In this document: positions 35,601 through 49,165 of the stretch, piece after piece
How the letters are laid out: the number at the start of each line of letters is the position of its first letter
Numbering within the stretch: the first letter of the stretch is position 1
Assembly: GCA_030704615.1 (NCBI GenBank)
Contig: CM060733.1
Span: forward strand, 58,900,001 to 58,964,000
DNA length: 64,000 bases
Source: Takakia lepidozioides
Lineage: Eukaryota > Plantae > Bryophyta
Direction: 5' to 3'
Notes under the pieces: model-generated
Database searches by the model: none
What the model saw: the letters and a program-made list of their open reading frames with translations, nothing else
What the model was told of the DNA's origin: nothing
Made by a program: the position numbers and the translations under genes

Positions 35601-36217
35601 TGACGAGAACATGAACACAAACAAGATATCAGATTAGAGATACAAGACTAGACAAGAAGTCAAGGTCGGCGTGGCCGAACGCATGGTGGATACATATGAA
35701 TCAAGATAATATTTATAACAATGGACAAGAGTACAAGATACTGGAACTCGAATATTGAAATGCTGGAAACTGGACTAGAGTACTGGAAGCTGGACTGGAG
35801 TACTGGGACTGGGAACAAGAGTAGTTTGAACTTGTGTTGGCGAGACTGAAGAGTGTCCAGTCTCGCCTCCTATATATACTGGCTACTAAGAAGCTTCACT
35901 AAGAAGCTTCTCTTATGGAGGTTTCTTGCTGGAGAAGTTTCCAAGATTAAACAAAGGTTTCTTGATGGAGAAGCTTCCTTAAACAAATGAGGTATCTTGA
36001 TGGAGAAGTTTCCTCCAAATGAAGCTTCCTGAGCAGTTTCCCAAGTTACTCTTGGTAATTTGATAAACTCCCGGTAATTTGATAAGTAATGGTAAAGCAT
36101 GGTAGATCATGATAAATCACCGTTAGTCGTTGTAACTTCTGGTAACATGGTAACTTGATAACTTGGTAACTTCTGGTATTTACTCCTGGTAAGTTCCTCT
36201 GGGCTATGTCCGTGACA
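35601..36217 (-). mobile_element. LTR
   Basis: Minus strand TGTCACGGAC...CTCGTCA with TATATATAGG and internal short repeats; directly upstream of the gag fragment. No TSD or clear PBS. Confidence 0.55.
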
Positions 36218-38349
36218 TCTACCAATTAATTCCCCATGCACAAATCTTGCACAAATAGCAACATAACGCCCACACTCCTTTACATTGCAAGACCCAACAC
36301 ACATACTATCATGTTGTTGCAAAATGACAGAGGACTATAATATCTCCAAATTAACATAGTCCACTTATAACCTACAGCAATTTTCTGGAAGTAGTGTCAT
36401 ATGTTTATGTAGCAAATATCAAATGTCATTCCTCCACACATTCTCTACTGGGCAGAAAACAACATGTAATTTACTCTATCCTTACCACAACACTCATACC
36501 CTATTTAACTTCGCCGTCACCTTAGGAATGTCACTTGTTGGCTGATATCACACATATCTTGGACAATCTCTCTACTTAAATTGCCCACTCCACAGTCATG
36601 TCATGCGATCGCCCACACCTTGTCATCGCCCACATACGGCCGCTAGCGCTAGGCGTTCAATCCAATACAACAACATAAACAACCCTACCACTCTACCTTC
36701 TCGGGGAAGTCACTCCCTATCTAGTTTCCCAGGCACGTGAGGCAAACAGACATTTTCTATGGGTGTATTAATTTTATTTTCTGAATTTTTGGCCACCCTA
36801 TTATTACATAATTTTGTAATATGACATGTTTTATTGCAAGCTATATTATTTATATTTTATAGCAGGTAACAAATATTGGACACCCTATATTAATCTGAAA
36901 AAAAATTACGGGGTAATAATTTTTTTAATTTGCTGGAAACGAATTCATCGAAAGTAGATGCATTAACATCATTTAAAGTATGAAGGTTCTGAACAAAATC
37001 AAATCTCATAGTAACTGAACTAATAATTGAATCTATGTCTATCCACTTGTTGTCAGTTACATCATATTTGAATTTCAGATGTCCTCTAGATTTTGAGAAG
37101 TAGTTGAGAAGCACCATGATTGTTGTGGCTGGCTTGTTAAAGAGATCAACTGGTTGTCGAGAGATCCCCCACCTGCTCCCTATCTTGTGAACAAACTATA
37201 CCCTCACCCCTTCAACATACACCCTGAATCGCTTCAAACAAAAATAGCTTATGCACCTCTCCCTCTCTACTCTCTCCCCTATGCACTCCATCGCTTATCA
37301 CTCTACTGTCTCAACCACATTACTGATCGACATAGATACAAAAATTGCTGCTACTCCACCGAGGCTAGAATTGCCATCAATGCATCACCCCTATACGAGG
37401 AAATGTGTCAATAACGCTCGTCTGCCTTCCAATGTAATCTTGATGACCTTCATATCGGTGACATGTTTTTTTCAGACAACGCCCAGTCAGTGCTCCTCAA
37501 ATGAGCAATGAGCGACGTTGATAGCTCTCAATCGAACCACACCACCAGTAACAAAAAAGGTCGAAGTAGCTCGGAGACCCCACAAGCACACACGCAATAC
37601 CCAGTTCACCTCTGGCTAGTGTTTCCTATCATGGAGAGTCTAGCACGCGATGCTAATGCTCATATCGTGCAAGACCGTAGAACAATCACCGAACTACTAC
37701 AACTTCATATCCTGGAATCGGAGTGTGGCACAGATATCCTCTAGTGCTCGAAGACATTCCCTAGGATTCTCCTGATACTGTACTTATCATAAAGACCAGA
37801 CCAAAAGGGGAGACAATACTTACATCTCATCCAGCTCTCCAAAAGTGGTAGGAGGATGTGCAGGATTGATTGCAAGAAAACATATATCACTACGTTTAAC
37901 ACCTGGTTGAACTAGTGTTAATATGTATGCAGTGTATTATGAACAAGTTCAACAACCCTTTGAATTGTTGTATACTAGCTTCTCTTAGCACCTTTGCTGG
38001 ATTAGATATGTTGACACCATACCTGCTGTGACATCCAAGGTCGTAGGCGCTGAAGCTGGTGTGCCCACGCACGAATTTTCTTTTACGACCTGTGGAGGAG
38101 CTGCTGCAGGAGCTTTGTCCGGAAAATGCCTCCCTTGTATTCTGCACTGACATCTCAGACGGTTGGCAGTTGGTTACTTGCAGATTCGCACGATGAAAGA
38201 AAGGGCATGCCTTCGCATTCGTCGGGTGCTGCGTTTCGGGTGCCCGGCAATTCCCCATGAATCGATCGATGACGTAGCCCGATTTTTTGGGCCGGCATCC
38301 TCTGTCGGCTTAGGCATGAGTTCCCCGGAATTTGGATTCAAGTAGAAGT

Positions 38350-38913
38350 AGGCCCAAATGGAAATCTATGCATGTAGAGTGGTTAGAATGCTTCCAAATT
38401 TTGTTATGGTGGTGAGTTTCCACGCAAGGAACAATATGACCAGAGGAATTGACATTGTGATGAAAATTTGGACACATTTGAGGCAGATTTGGGGTCAATG
38501 GTAATGGAGAGCATTTTTGACCCACCGATTTTCCCATACAAAGCAACCCTCATGTGGTTTTGGAATTTGGTTCTGGAATCTTGGCCCAAGGTGCTGTACA
38601 TGCCAGCCAATTAGAATCTGGGTATGCTGTATCAATGAAAAATCATTTTGCCAGGCCAATTGCTTGGTCAAACCATTTTTTCACTCCAAAACTAGAGCAC
38701 AATAAATATTTACAGCTTACATTATTGTTATAATCTTCCTAATGACACGGTGAAATCACTTGAAAATTTTACAGTAGGTTCCTGAAGTAGGTAGGATTAC
38801 TTTCATACGCTTCATCCCCCTGGATGTTTGCCAAATGTCAGATATGCCCTCAAACATGAGGGCATGTTCAGTTTTGGCATGGGCCCACCAAAAACAGGCT
38901 CGTCCATTAGGGG
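38350..38913 (+). mobile_element. One terminus of a second piggyBac-type family; left boundary uncertain
   Basis: Ends CTCGTCCATTAGGGG followed by TTAA (38914-38917), identical to the terminus at 50930-50948. Confidence 0.65.
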
Positions 38914-39165
38914 TTAAATGAAAAATCTTGCTAATGTAAGTAATCGCAAGTGTGTCTGCACTGATTCCATCCCTTGTCACAGGAGTCTGGGTCTCCAACT
39001 GCATCTTGCAGAGGAAGGACTCTATAATCTCATCTATTTGGCTCAGAATATGGAACATCAAAGTGCAAATACTCACAGCAGACATAGTTAAGTACAGGGA
39101 GCCTTGTTGTAGGGAGCCTTCAGCAACATCAAGGAAAGGTTTTTAGTTTGTTGGGCTAACTAGAG

Positions 39166-40834
39166 TCATTCATCTTTCTTGTAGGGATACTCCTCAAGCA
39201 TGTGCTCCACCAGTTTCAAACGGATCTCAGACACCTCGTCTCCCCAAAGCACGTCTTTCACAAATCTCACTTCTGTTTGCATGCACACCTGCCAAATGAA
39301 TGAGTCCACTCTCTGAGTCCCAGTCCCAGAAAAAAAAATGCTTAGACTAAAACTCCCACTTGTATGTGTGCAGAGATGAAATTTATTAAAAGGTTGTAAC
39401 ATGGATGGTTGCAATTGTCTCCACAGAACACAGTTTAATTATGAAGCTCTATCCTTAGTCAACAACATTTCTAGGTTTTGGAATTTATACAAGACCCTCT
39501 TGGTAAGAAACCAGCGGAAAAATATACCAAAATATATACCATTTCCAAGGCTCCTCGAAGTACGCCACATAAGATGTTCCAATAAGAAAGGCCTTGGCAG
39601 CTTTCAGGCAACTCAACGAAGTTGGTAAGTGGATTGTCCTCCAATGTGATGCTGCACTCCATACCATCTGGGCTCCAATTGCTCACGGTCGCACTCACAT
39701 TCAGGAACATCTTGAAACCCACCTGTTACTTCACAATGAGTTGAGAGGGATAGCTATCAATTCAACTTGTTTGCAAATTCACTACGCGGGCGTTGTATGG
39801 AGATGGATGTATGAGAGGAATTTCTTATGAGAGGAGGGGAAAAAAAAACCTTGGCAATGATCTCTGCAGTCTCTCCAAAGTCTGAACATCTTGTGATGTT
39901 AGCTTTGGCCAAGAAATCGTCAATGAGCCGAATGCCGATGTTGTATCCCCTACAATGCTCCATCCAACAAACAAAGTCATACTTGCAGACTTTCCTATAA
40001 ACCAAAGAGACAATCATGGGAGTGAAGAAAGCCCTCGCCCAGTAGGATATTCAAAGCACAACATTGAAAAAAGGACCAAATTATATATCCATGTGCTTCA
40101 TCATCTAGGGCAATTAGATCCTAATCTTAATATTTTTAAGAAAAAATCTTCTGTGGAAACAAAAACGTTCTTGAAATCAAACATGCGAATTTACATATCA
40201 TTACAATTGCACCCAATTAGTATACAATTTTTAAATAAGACCACTCCATACAACCAGAATGAAGTATTACATAGTTTCAAGCTGTTTATTGACTTCCTCA
40301 ACATCCTCAAAATCAATCATCAATTGGCGAACAATCGCCCCATATGTCAATGTAAAAAGCTCTGCATTCTGTCATTTCCCTCCACTCAAGCAATCAAAAA
40401 AAAGTTAATGATACAGATCATATTTCAAAGCTCCCTGAGAATAAGATTGATACTCTCAATATCAAAATAATAACATAAGCTTCGGTCACTGTCTAGCAAC
40501 TCCACTTTAGGGATCAAGCACCCTTTAGAAAGCAACATGCATGGTTATTATCAGCTTGTAATTATTATACAAACATATCAAACAAAAAACCATGGGTTTA
40601 AAATATAATCAGACTTGATTTTTTTTTGAGTGGTTTCTAAAGCCAAGCCATGGCAAGTTTTTTCAATAACAAGTTAAGTTATGAGATCTTCCTTGTGCAT
40701 CATTTTACAATCAACTCAAACATGTAAATATTCCAAGCCACTTATGCAGGCCAGAATTATAAAAGAAAGAAGTGACATACCACATGTTCAACTGTGGGGG
40801 GTAGCACTACATCACTTCTCAACGATATCCGCAT
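39166..40834 (-). CDS. BET3: TRAPP complex subunit BET3/TRAPPC3, 5 exons, 185 aa
   Basis: Exons 40834-40781, 40368-40271, 39949-39850, 39722-39540 and 39288-39166 join in frame: NAELFTLTYGAIVRQL, MGYNIGIRLIDDFLAK, VGFKMFL, LEDNPL..FVELP, LRGALEM|V, EEYPYKKDE*. Confidence 0.93.
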
Positions 40835-41346
40835 ATTGCCCCTCACATATTGGGATCATTGCTCAACTTGTCCATTGCCTCTCCACTATTGCATCTTCTT
40901 CCCTTCCTCATTCCTTCTCTTCTAACTACTCTTCCATATTTGCTCCCAATAACTAGTCCAGGACCCAACTCAGGTATTAGGTTCAAATCTCAACGAGCTT
41001 CCCTTCATAGGTCTTTTTCTGGAAAAAATCATACATGGATCCACAACAAGCCAATGGACACATCATTTCATTATGCAACTATCAAACCCACCTTGCCACC
41101 CAGGTCTTTGATACCACACTGAGGCAGGGAAGGGAAGGGCCAGGCGGCCATGGAGGCCAGTTGTAGGCTGCAGCAGTTTCCTGGAAGCATCAGAAGCAAC
41201 AGACGAGAGGATAGTGGATATGTTGTTGTTGTTTGAGGGATTGGAATTGAAGCAGTGTTGCTAGCACAATTGGAGGCAGTGTGGGCGAGTGACGAGAAGG
41301 ATTGGAAGCGTTAGGGCTACGCGTCTCTCTCTCTCGGCAGCAGGGA

Positions 41347-42732
41347 ATGGCAGCGCATGATTGCAAACGGCTGCATCTCTCATGGTTAGTGCTGGTGCTT
41401 TTCCTTGTGAGTGAGGCAAGTGCGGACGGGGCAGTCCGAGGCAAGTCAGAACAGAGTGGCTTATGGGAGTTACCCGTGCATGGTTCTGCTTGCGACCCTT
41501 ACACTCCGGTATTTCCCAGAAATATGTCACTTTTGGTGTATACTTGAGTGTGTTTCTGGGGAAGATTCCTCTAAAATTCGAGGGGATGGATCAGTTGGGG
41601 TCGCTGGATCGGCAGATGACAGGTTGGGCGGTCCGCGTTCACATTAGACAGGCCAGTTTCATCTGTTTTGTTCCTGTTGTTGCCAATCGAAAAGAGAATT
41701 CAGGTTTAGGGTTGTTCTGTTGTGTGGATAATTGAGGGGCGGCCGTGTCGAGCTGTAGGTGTGTGCAGAAGGGAGCGTGAGCTATAAGAGTGAATGCCAT
41801 GCACTTGCTGCCGATGCCCACATCCTGATGACGGGTAACTTCTTTTACAAGGCCTAAAAAAGGGATGCAAGTTCTGCAGCATTTGTGGGATGTGGTCCTC
41901 GATTACGTTCTGAGGGTGCTCTTTCGTGGAGCCACGCAATGCCCAATTGTGGTGTCCTATAGAATGATTTAATCATTAATGCTAGGAGAATGCACATGGC
42001 CCTGATTTGATGGTCTTTATCCTCGCACAAAGGTTCATTGTGCAGTCCTACAGATCTATCCCACCATTTCCCTTATCACACATTCCAAGAGACGGCGGGA
42101 TCACTTATGGGATGAAGTGTATTGGTGCAGGGGCCTGTGATGAAGGAATTAGGAAGCCAGCCGCATGCACTGTGAATTGTTTTCGAGCGGATCCGTAAGT
42201 GGTCATAACTGTTACCTCTTGACGCAAGGTATTACTGTTTGCATGCATCATGGTTCCAAATGTGCGTTCAAAGGGGGTCTTAAGTTGGCAGTTGCAGCTC
42301 TAAGCCTATGGGTCTGTGTGTATGTGAACTGTGAACAGGGTCTGTGGACTGGATGGAGTCACATATTGGTACGTGGTGAAAATCATCTTATCCCATCCTC
42401 TGTCTGGCCTTGTACTTTCAAGTCACGTTACATTTGCTTCTTTGTTTTCAACCTAGGCTGGTGTTGGTATGATAAGTAGAGTACATTGAATGAATGTTCA
42501 AATGCGTTGAAAAGCAGCTGATTGTGGTAGTGGGATGCTTTGATGCAATTTATGGTGCAGGTGTGGAGCAACAGAAGCAAAGTGTGCTGGAGTGGAGGTT
42601 GGGCATGAGGGATACTGTGACATATGGAATGGTGGGGCTGGGGCCAAGGGATTAGCAGCTCAGTCACTGCAGCTGGTGCACTTGGTGTGGCTTGTTTTGG
42701 CAGGATTGTTCATTCTGTTTGGATTGGCTTAG
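41347..42732 (+). CDS. Kazal-type protease inhibitor with signal peptide, two Kazal-like units and a hydrophobic C-terminus; 5 exons, 167 aa
   Basis: Exons 41347-41508, 41759-41834, 42131-42194, 42339-42368 and 42561-42732 give ...ACDPYTPVCAEGSVSYKSECHA...GAC...CTVNCFRADPVCGLDGVTYWCGATEAKCAGVEVGHEGYC...LVHLVWLVLAGLFILFGLA*. This matches the plant Kazal motif CFRADPVCGxDGVTYWCG. Confidence 0.88.
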
Positions 42733-43634
42733 GTCTCCAAAAGTTGTAATATGTCAAGATGTAGCATAGCAACAATGCCTCTGGGTCATACCATTCACAG
42801 GCTAGTCCCCACCAGAGCAGATTTCTCGATTCAAGGGAGACTAATGTTCATCAGAGCAAGTTCAATTTTGTTCTCGTCTTGGTTCTTTGCGAATGAAGGC
42901 TGGTTAAGATCGTAGAGACAGCAATTCACTTCTGATTTGGATTAAGATTGATAGAGCAAATGCAATTTTTTACCTTACAATTCTTCACAATAAGGCCTTC
43001 TAAGATCTTAACTTCTCATTTAATGATGATGAGCATATTTTGATTTATGTGCAAATCTGATTCAGGTCAAAGAAAATATGGTGTACAAGTTTGCAGTTTT
43101 AAGGTTCTTACACACAAATTCTGAAATACCACATGCACATGGAACAAGTACATGATAAAACTGAAATTGGTCCCAAAACCACTACAAGAGGCAGGTACAC
43201 ATGGAGGCCTTGCAGTTTGGGAAATCTCGGCGCACAAACAAAACAAAACAAACTATCTTGCTTATTAATGTATTGACATGCTCTTGTGCAATGATTTTGG
43301 TTCAAACAAGGATGACCATTGATATATATTGTATCTGGCAATGTCCGAAACAATTTAGGATTAAATTCAGTTTCTCTCTATTATGCTCTTTTATTTCCCA
43401 ATCTTCCATACCCATGGCATCAAATATTTCCAAAAATCTTTGCAAGTACTCAACACACTCACACCTCTGGATCTTGTGTGGCATCATCTCAATGAGCTTA
43501 ATTGATAGTTTACAAACTGAATGTAATTGAAACATGACATATTGAGCATCACACATTGCAAGAGTGAGTGAATAGATGGGCTCCCATATTAGCACTGAGG
43601 ATACATGTACAAACAAGGGAGTGATTCAAGCCCT

Positions 43635-46600
43635 TCAAGATTTGAAGCCTTTATGTGTCGCTCTATACTTCCCAAGAAGATGATTGCCACTAGTAATTGG
43701 TGGGTACCTGTACAAGCAAATGAGGAAACTCGTTATACGTTGAGTGTGAAATCTAGGTAAAAGAGACTATGGTGGGTGAGGATAAAGATTACATCAATGT
43801 GCATATTCATGGTTTCTGAGCTGATAGGAAGCATCAAAACCCTCTCCATATACAAATATGATGTGTAACCAACAAATTTCACGCTTCCCCTTCCCTGCCA
43901 GTTCTCTTTCTGGATATACTGAGGAAGATGTGACAGGTTCTAGAAGGTAAGGTGGACATACTTGGGAGGGTTCTCATCTGAGAAACAAGTTGGAAGGCAC
44001 TCCACAACACAGTCGAAATTTGGCTCAAAGAAAAATGGGATCTGCGAACCCAAACACAAAATCAGATTTCCTTGGGAGCTTTTGGTCGATGCAGACCCTC
44101 TCTAGACACTGCTATCCCTGTATTTTCATTTCCAATTCTGCCAGAAGAAAGTTAAAGCCCTGTACTCAATTTATCAAGGGAATGCCCTCACTCCAGGTTG
44201 GGTGAAGCTCACTGAATGACCTTCAGCATGGGAATATGTAGGTTTGAAACCAGGACTACCTTTACTCTGGACAAGAGCATCCTGATCACTGGGTCATATG
44301 TGGGGAGCTTACCAACCCAGACATGCAGCTCCCACTTTGTTGGCACCACTCCTTGTAAGATGCTCAATTGAGAGGAAGCCTGGGCTGGCCAATGAGATGA
44401 GTTCATTACGAGAAACCCAAAGCTCTAAGGCAGGGAGAATCTATTACACCAAACAAATCAGCTTACTGAATATCGCTCCATGCCCGGGTTGAGCACTCGA
44501 TGTAGCGTGGACCTACAATTAAAAATATTGAACTCATCAAAATCAGATGGGAAGTGTCATGGCAACTGTCCACCTACCCATTCAACCCCAACAAGTATCA
44601 TACTGATCTATGTAGTTTTTCAGCTGTTACCAAAGATAGAGAGGAAAACTGCTTCAAATGTAAAATATCCAGGAGGTTGACATGAAGGTGGTGAAATAGT
44701 TACCGAAATAGGCCATTGCTCCAACGCTCAAGCATGTCGCCCAAATTCACTATGAAAGCTCTGGCATGCACAAAACAATAAATGTCAAAAGGTGATGCTT
44801 TGCTACCAACAAATTGAAAGTGGTACTCTAGTATATACTGGCAGACACCAGGCACATGTCAGATGAGAGAAACCCGTAAGTCTATCCGTCAGTACCAACA
44901 TGTTAGGAAAATCTGGCAACCAGGAAGAGCAGAAGATGAGAAGAACCCTGTCCAGAGCCAATACTCCTAGGACCTTCATACTTTATTTGGAATTGCTAGC
45001 TCTCGTTGTAGAGCTTCCAGTTCTTAATGGCCATTCACACGTAAACAGGTCATACTTGGTGCCTGATTCTTCCAATAGAGACTAGAAGGCCCTAGCTGGG
45101 TGGACCACCTGAACAAAGGAATAGGTAGATTTTTGCCCTGATAACTTGCTATCCACTGGGAACTGACACTTCAAAACACAGAAAGGCTAGAGGGGCCCTA
45201 ATAAATCGCTTCATACCCTTTAAGAGGTTGAACATCCTCCCAAATCTGTGGCACAGCATCCTTTTGCCTGCAAAACTGCCATCAATGTTGCTGCGTTAGA
45301 CTCTTCCCTTGGATGAGACTGGAAATGCAGTTTGTCAAACTACTAATTCTAAACCCAACACTCTAGCAAGAGGAAATATAAACCTGGAGGCCAGGAACAT
45401 CATCTGTGGCAAGAAGCGTTATCATGCCATAATCGGAGTGTGCTCCTGCACCATATATTCCAGCTTCTGGATAAGACTTTTCCCCTGCAGAACCCATCTT
45501 CTGAGGTCAAGTACGACACTTTCCCTAATTGAGTGGATGAACATGCAGGAGTTAAAATTTACTATTTCATCTCCATGTATCAGCATTCACCTAGCAGTAT
45601 ATTTTCGACATGACTCCTTTTTTGCCTGTGACATTAGCACTGGAGATATGATGCTAATCACAGCGTCCCCAGACTCACCAGAGTAATGAAGAAGGCGAAC
45701 AACCGCCATAGGATCATCCAGCAAGCCTGGCTTGTCGAAAAATGTTTCTTCCAAATTGAGTGCTAGAGCAATCAGCCTTGCCACCCTTCTTGCGAGCTTG
45801 CTGCATGAAATGCTCATCAATGGCATACTTTTCTCAGTAGTGGCATGAAGACATGAAGCTCAAACAGCCTCCACGAGAGAGTCCTTGTTTCTAAGGAGAA
45901 GGTTTTTCATGCCTCTGGACATCAAGTAAGCAGTGACATTCAGTAACATACACCTTACCAATTAGGGCAAAGGAGTGGGGTGCCAGGAAAAATGGGAGTG
46001 ATGCCCACATGCCCAAGCGAGGCTCATGACATGCTGAATGTGTTTAGTGCTGACAAATGGACTCGAGGCCACTGTATTTAGTGCATGATTTTGCTGGAAA
46101 AGGTAGGCCGGAAAGCGACCAAAGTGTGGGGAGCTATTCCGGACTGCCTACAACCAACGGGAATTCTGAGCCCGCGTTGTCGAGTGTCAAGTAGGTAACC
46201 CTTCATACATCCTAGTTTTGTACAAGATATTCACCAAAATTACCAGGCATTGAGGAATACCAATACAGGTATCAAGAAGGGATTCCCTTCAAGTGTAAAG
46301 ACAACTCACATGGCCTCAGCAAAGTATTGCTCCATGGTCTCCTGCCATCCTGGTAATACATCTGCACTCCACTGTTCGACTGACCCTCATCATACTTGCT
46401 TACGTAGCCACCCTGTTTGTTACTCATATATTTAAAGGAACAGAGAGGAGCAGCATGAAGTCAATCCCTCAACAATGCTCTGCAACTTGTTTGAGACCGA
46501 CAAACTATGAATCTCAAGATTTATGTTCGTTCACTAATTCACAGTGAACTTGACCAGGCTCTCATCACTACTTTTCCCATTTTGAAGTTTTTCATCGTTG

Positions 46601-47410
46601 TGCAACTGAATGATTGACCTGGAGAAGGAAACTGATTGGGCCCATGCAGAGGCTTCCTTGAGCGGGGGTCGGTTTCTGGGACCTCCCTCCCTATGTAGTA
46701 CCCCTCCTTGGAGTCACCTGTTCACGTATCCACAGAATTCCATAAGCAAATTCAACTCAAAAATCACAGAACATACCTAGGTTCTGAGAACAAAGCTGTG
46801 GCATTACACCCAGTTATGTTCCTCGAAATTTATATGCAGCCCCTTACAGACCCATACGCTTAAATCGAGATCAAACCTTTTGACTGATTCTCGGGGTCAA
46901 AGATCTCCTCTTCAAAGGGTGTATATCCCCGGTGGTTTTTGTCATGCAACACCTTCATTTTTTCTTCCAAAGGGAGAGCGAAAAACTTTCTGCTCTCTTC
47001 AACCACTTTGTCCAGAAGCTCTAAATCCAATCCATGGTTGATGAGGTAGAAGAACCCTACATCTACACATGCCTGCACAAACAAGAACAATTACAAGTGG
47101 TGATTCACAGCCAAGAGGAGAGAGTAGCCAGAAAGTCCTTCAGGTAGAAAATTGACTGGAAGGCGTCACCAACTACAGTTGAAGCACGTGAGAACAATTC
47201 AAGGACCACAACACTAATACAATTCGAAGTTTTTGGAACTTCAATTGCCCGCAAAGCCCAATCTAAGCTAACACGAGTGAAAGCAGATATCCCCTATACT
47301 TTCTTAAGAGAGATGCATGCCTGGCGGAGTTGAGCTGCCGTCTTGGTGAGGTCTGGGGACGTCATATCGATGCATGTCAGATGCTCTGTGTAGCCACTGG
47401 CTTTCCCCAT
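43635..47410 (-). CDS. 2-oxoglutarate/Fe(II)-dependent dioxygenase (DOXC class), 11 exons
   Basis: ACVDVGFFYLINHG, SRKFFALPLEEK, HRGY, GDSKEGYYIG, HGPNQFP, RLLHY, GAHSDYG (HxD), FIVNLGDMLERWSNG, STLHRV...ERYS, FFFEPN and YPPIT. All exons join in frame; intron 1 needs a GC donor. Confidence 0.93.
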
Positions 47411-47651
47411 GCTTAACAGCAGAGGAGTACCGGATGTTGGAGTGAGAGAGCTCTGATCAGAATGTGGTATTGTGGGGCTGTTTATATGTTGAGTGAATGC
47501 CTTTACTGGGTTGTGAGATCAAATCTTCAATCAGCCCAAAGGCATGTTCTCCTGTTTGGAATTTGTGTTGAAAGACGATTTCTTGGCCAAAGGAAGTCCT
47601 CAAAAACATTTAGGACCAATCAAACAATGGCATTGCATTTTTGGGTTCTTT

Positions 47652-47754
47652 CCCCAGTGCACTTCAAATGGCACACCTATGTTATACCTTGCAGACCTAG
47701 GATATTTGGAGCCAGGGCGTATGACATAGGTGTGCCATTTGAAGTGCACCGGGG
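47652..47754. repeat. 36-bp inverted repeat (hairpin) with a 31-nt loop
   Basis: CCCCAGTGCACTTCAAATGGCACACCTATGTTATAC and GTATGACATAGGTGTGCCATTTGAAGTGCACCGGGG, 2 mismatches. Confidence 0.9.
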
Positions 47755-48259
47755 TTTGGAGCTCCTATGGCTGGCTACCGGCCCATGCTTTCATGGGGGT
47801 CCACTCCACCCTCAACCGTGTCAAACCCCTGCACTTCATTTCGGCCCACCCCTCATATAAGACGGTTTTGGACTTTCTCACCCCACTAGATATATGGCCT
47901 ACCCTTCAGCCGAAATACATACTGAATTTTCAAATGAGGGTACCTAATCTTGTGGGAATGTTTTCAAAGTACAAACAGCTTTAACTTTCAAACTTTTGTA
48001 GCACTAAATTTGTCTAGGTCCCGTTCTATGTGTGTGCATTTAGAATTGAAGCCCCCTAATTTGTTCCAAGTCATTTGCATGTTTTCAAGTCTATGTGGAA
48101 CCCCCTAAAATTTTCCAAGTCATTTAGTTGTTGTCAAGATATAGATCCCCTCAAGCCTTTGATACTGCCTTTGTAATTCAGCTACTTTGGTTGGCCATGG
48201 GTTAGAGGTTTAACAAACAAGCATCATTTGCCTCGTTCTAGCCTTATTTCCTTCTCTTT

Positions 48260-48510
48260 GGCCGAGAGCCAAATTTGTCTGCATCTATTCACAGGGAGAC
48301 TGCAGTAGTCCTCAACCTTGATGATCCGGATGTGTGGACACAAGCATGTGCCCAACGGGCAGAGTTGTTCAAGAAAGTCATGCCTATTGCTTTTGAGAAC
48401 CTTGTTATTGCCCAACACCGAGACACATTGAGGTACGTCACTATACGTGGAGGGGGATAACGGCCAGGTGTTCGGCGTTTCCATCCTGGGGACTATGTGT
48501 ATCTGCAGCA
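48260..48510 (+). pseudogene. Gypsy integrase C-terminal fragment
   Basis: RAELFKKVMPIAFENLVIAQHRDTLRYVTIRGGG*RPGVRRFHPGDYVYL, the region of Gypsy integrases around the F.xGD.V motif. Confidence 0.7.
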
Positions 48511-49014
48511 CTGTAACCTACATCCGCTGTGGAGTCGTAGTGAGAGACGAGGGCTGCAGGAGATTGCCACCAACACAAACCAGCAGCTTGTTCCTCATTT
48601 CACAGCCGTTCTCGAAGCTTCAGTACACAGCCCGAAGAAGAACAAAATTCCCTGCGTTGTCACGGGTGATGGCAGCATCACCTACAAGCAGATCTTTGGG
48701 GTGCAGCCCAGGCTCCGTTAGTGAGGTCAACATCTGGCAAAGAGACTGTCTTACATTCTGAAAATGGAATCCAGAGCTTCCCTGGTTACCGCCCTGCCAG
48801 TAAGGGCTCACTCCAAGCAACAGACTAACTCTCTTCCGAATGTCTATCTTCCGATCCAACTAAGAGGCAATCTTATTCACATCTCCTATGATGATATTTC
48901 TCTAATCCAGAAGACAACATAGATTGATGCAAGGATGAAGCTACAACTTACATGCAAACATCCTAATGAGCTGATGTGGAATGCTCTCTGAGATTCCAAC
49001 TAAACATCCACTAC

Positions 49015-49165
49015 TTAAACCTTGAGAGCCGGCTTCACCAAGGGTGTCTGGCTCCTAGCCAAAAGCTTCTCTGCGATGTCATGTTCAGTAACAAGGAGAT
49101 AATAAATATGCGATTTTGTTCGAGTCTTCTTGAATAGATCATCCAATGTGGGACTTTGAGGCTCC
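49015..49165 (-). pseudogene. Orphan C-terminal fragment of an ACINUS-like gene (RSB motif)
   Basis: PTLDDLFKKTRTKSHIYYLLVTEHDIAEKL resembles the Acinus RSB consensus LDDLF(R/K)KTKxxPxIY(Y/W)LPL. No SAP or RRM exons seen upstream. Confidence 0.7.

Noticed and set aside
35601-36217. Solo LTR
   Set aside because: Flanks ATCAA and TCTAC do not form a TSD; treated as an LTR attached to a deleted gag.
36755-37117. Tc1/mariner-like end (TAGGGTGTCC/TAGGGTGGCC) with a short ORF
   Set aside because: No partner terminus or catalytic motif, so it cannot be classified.
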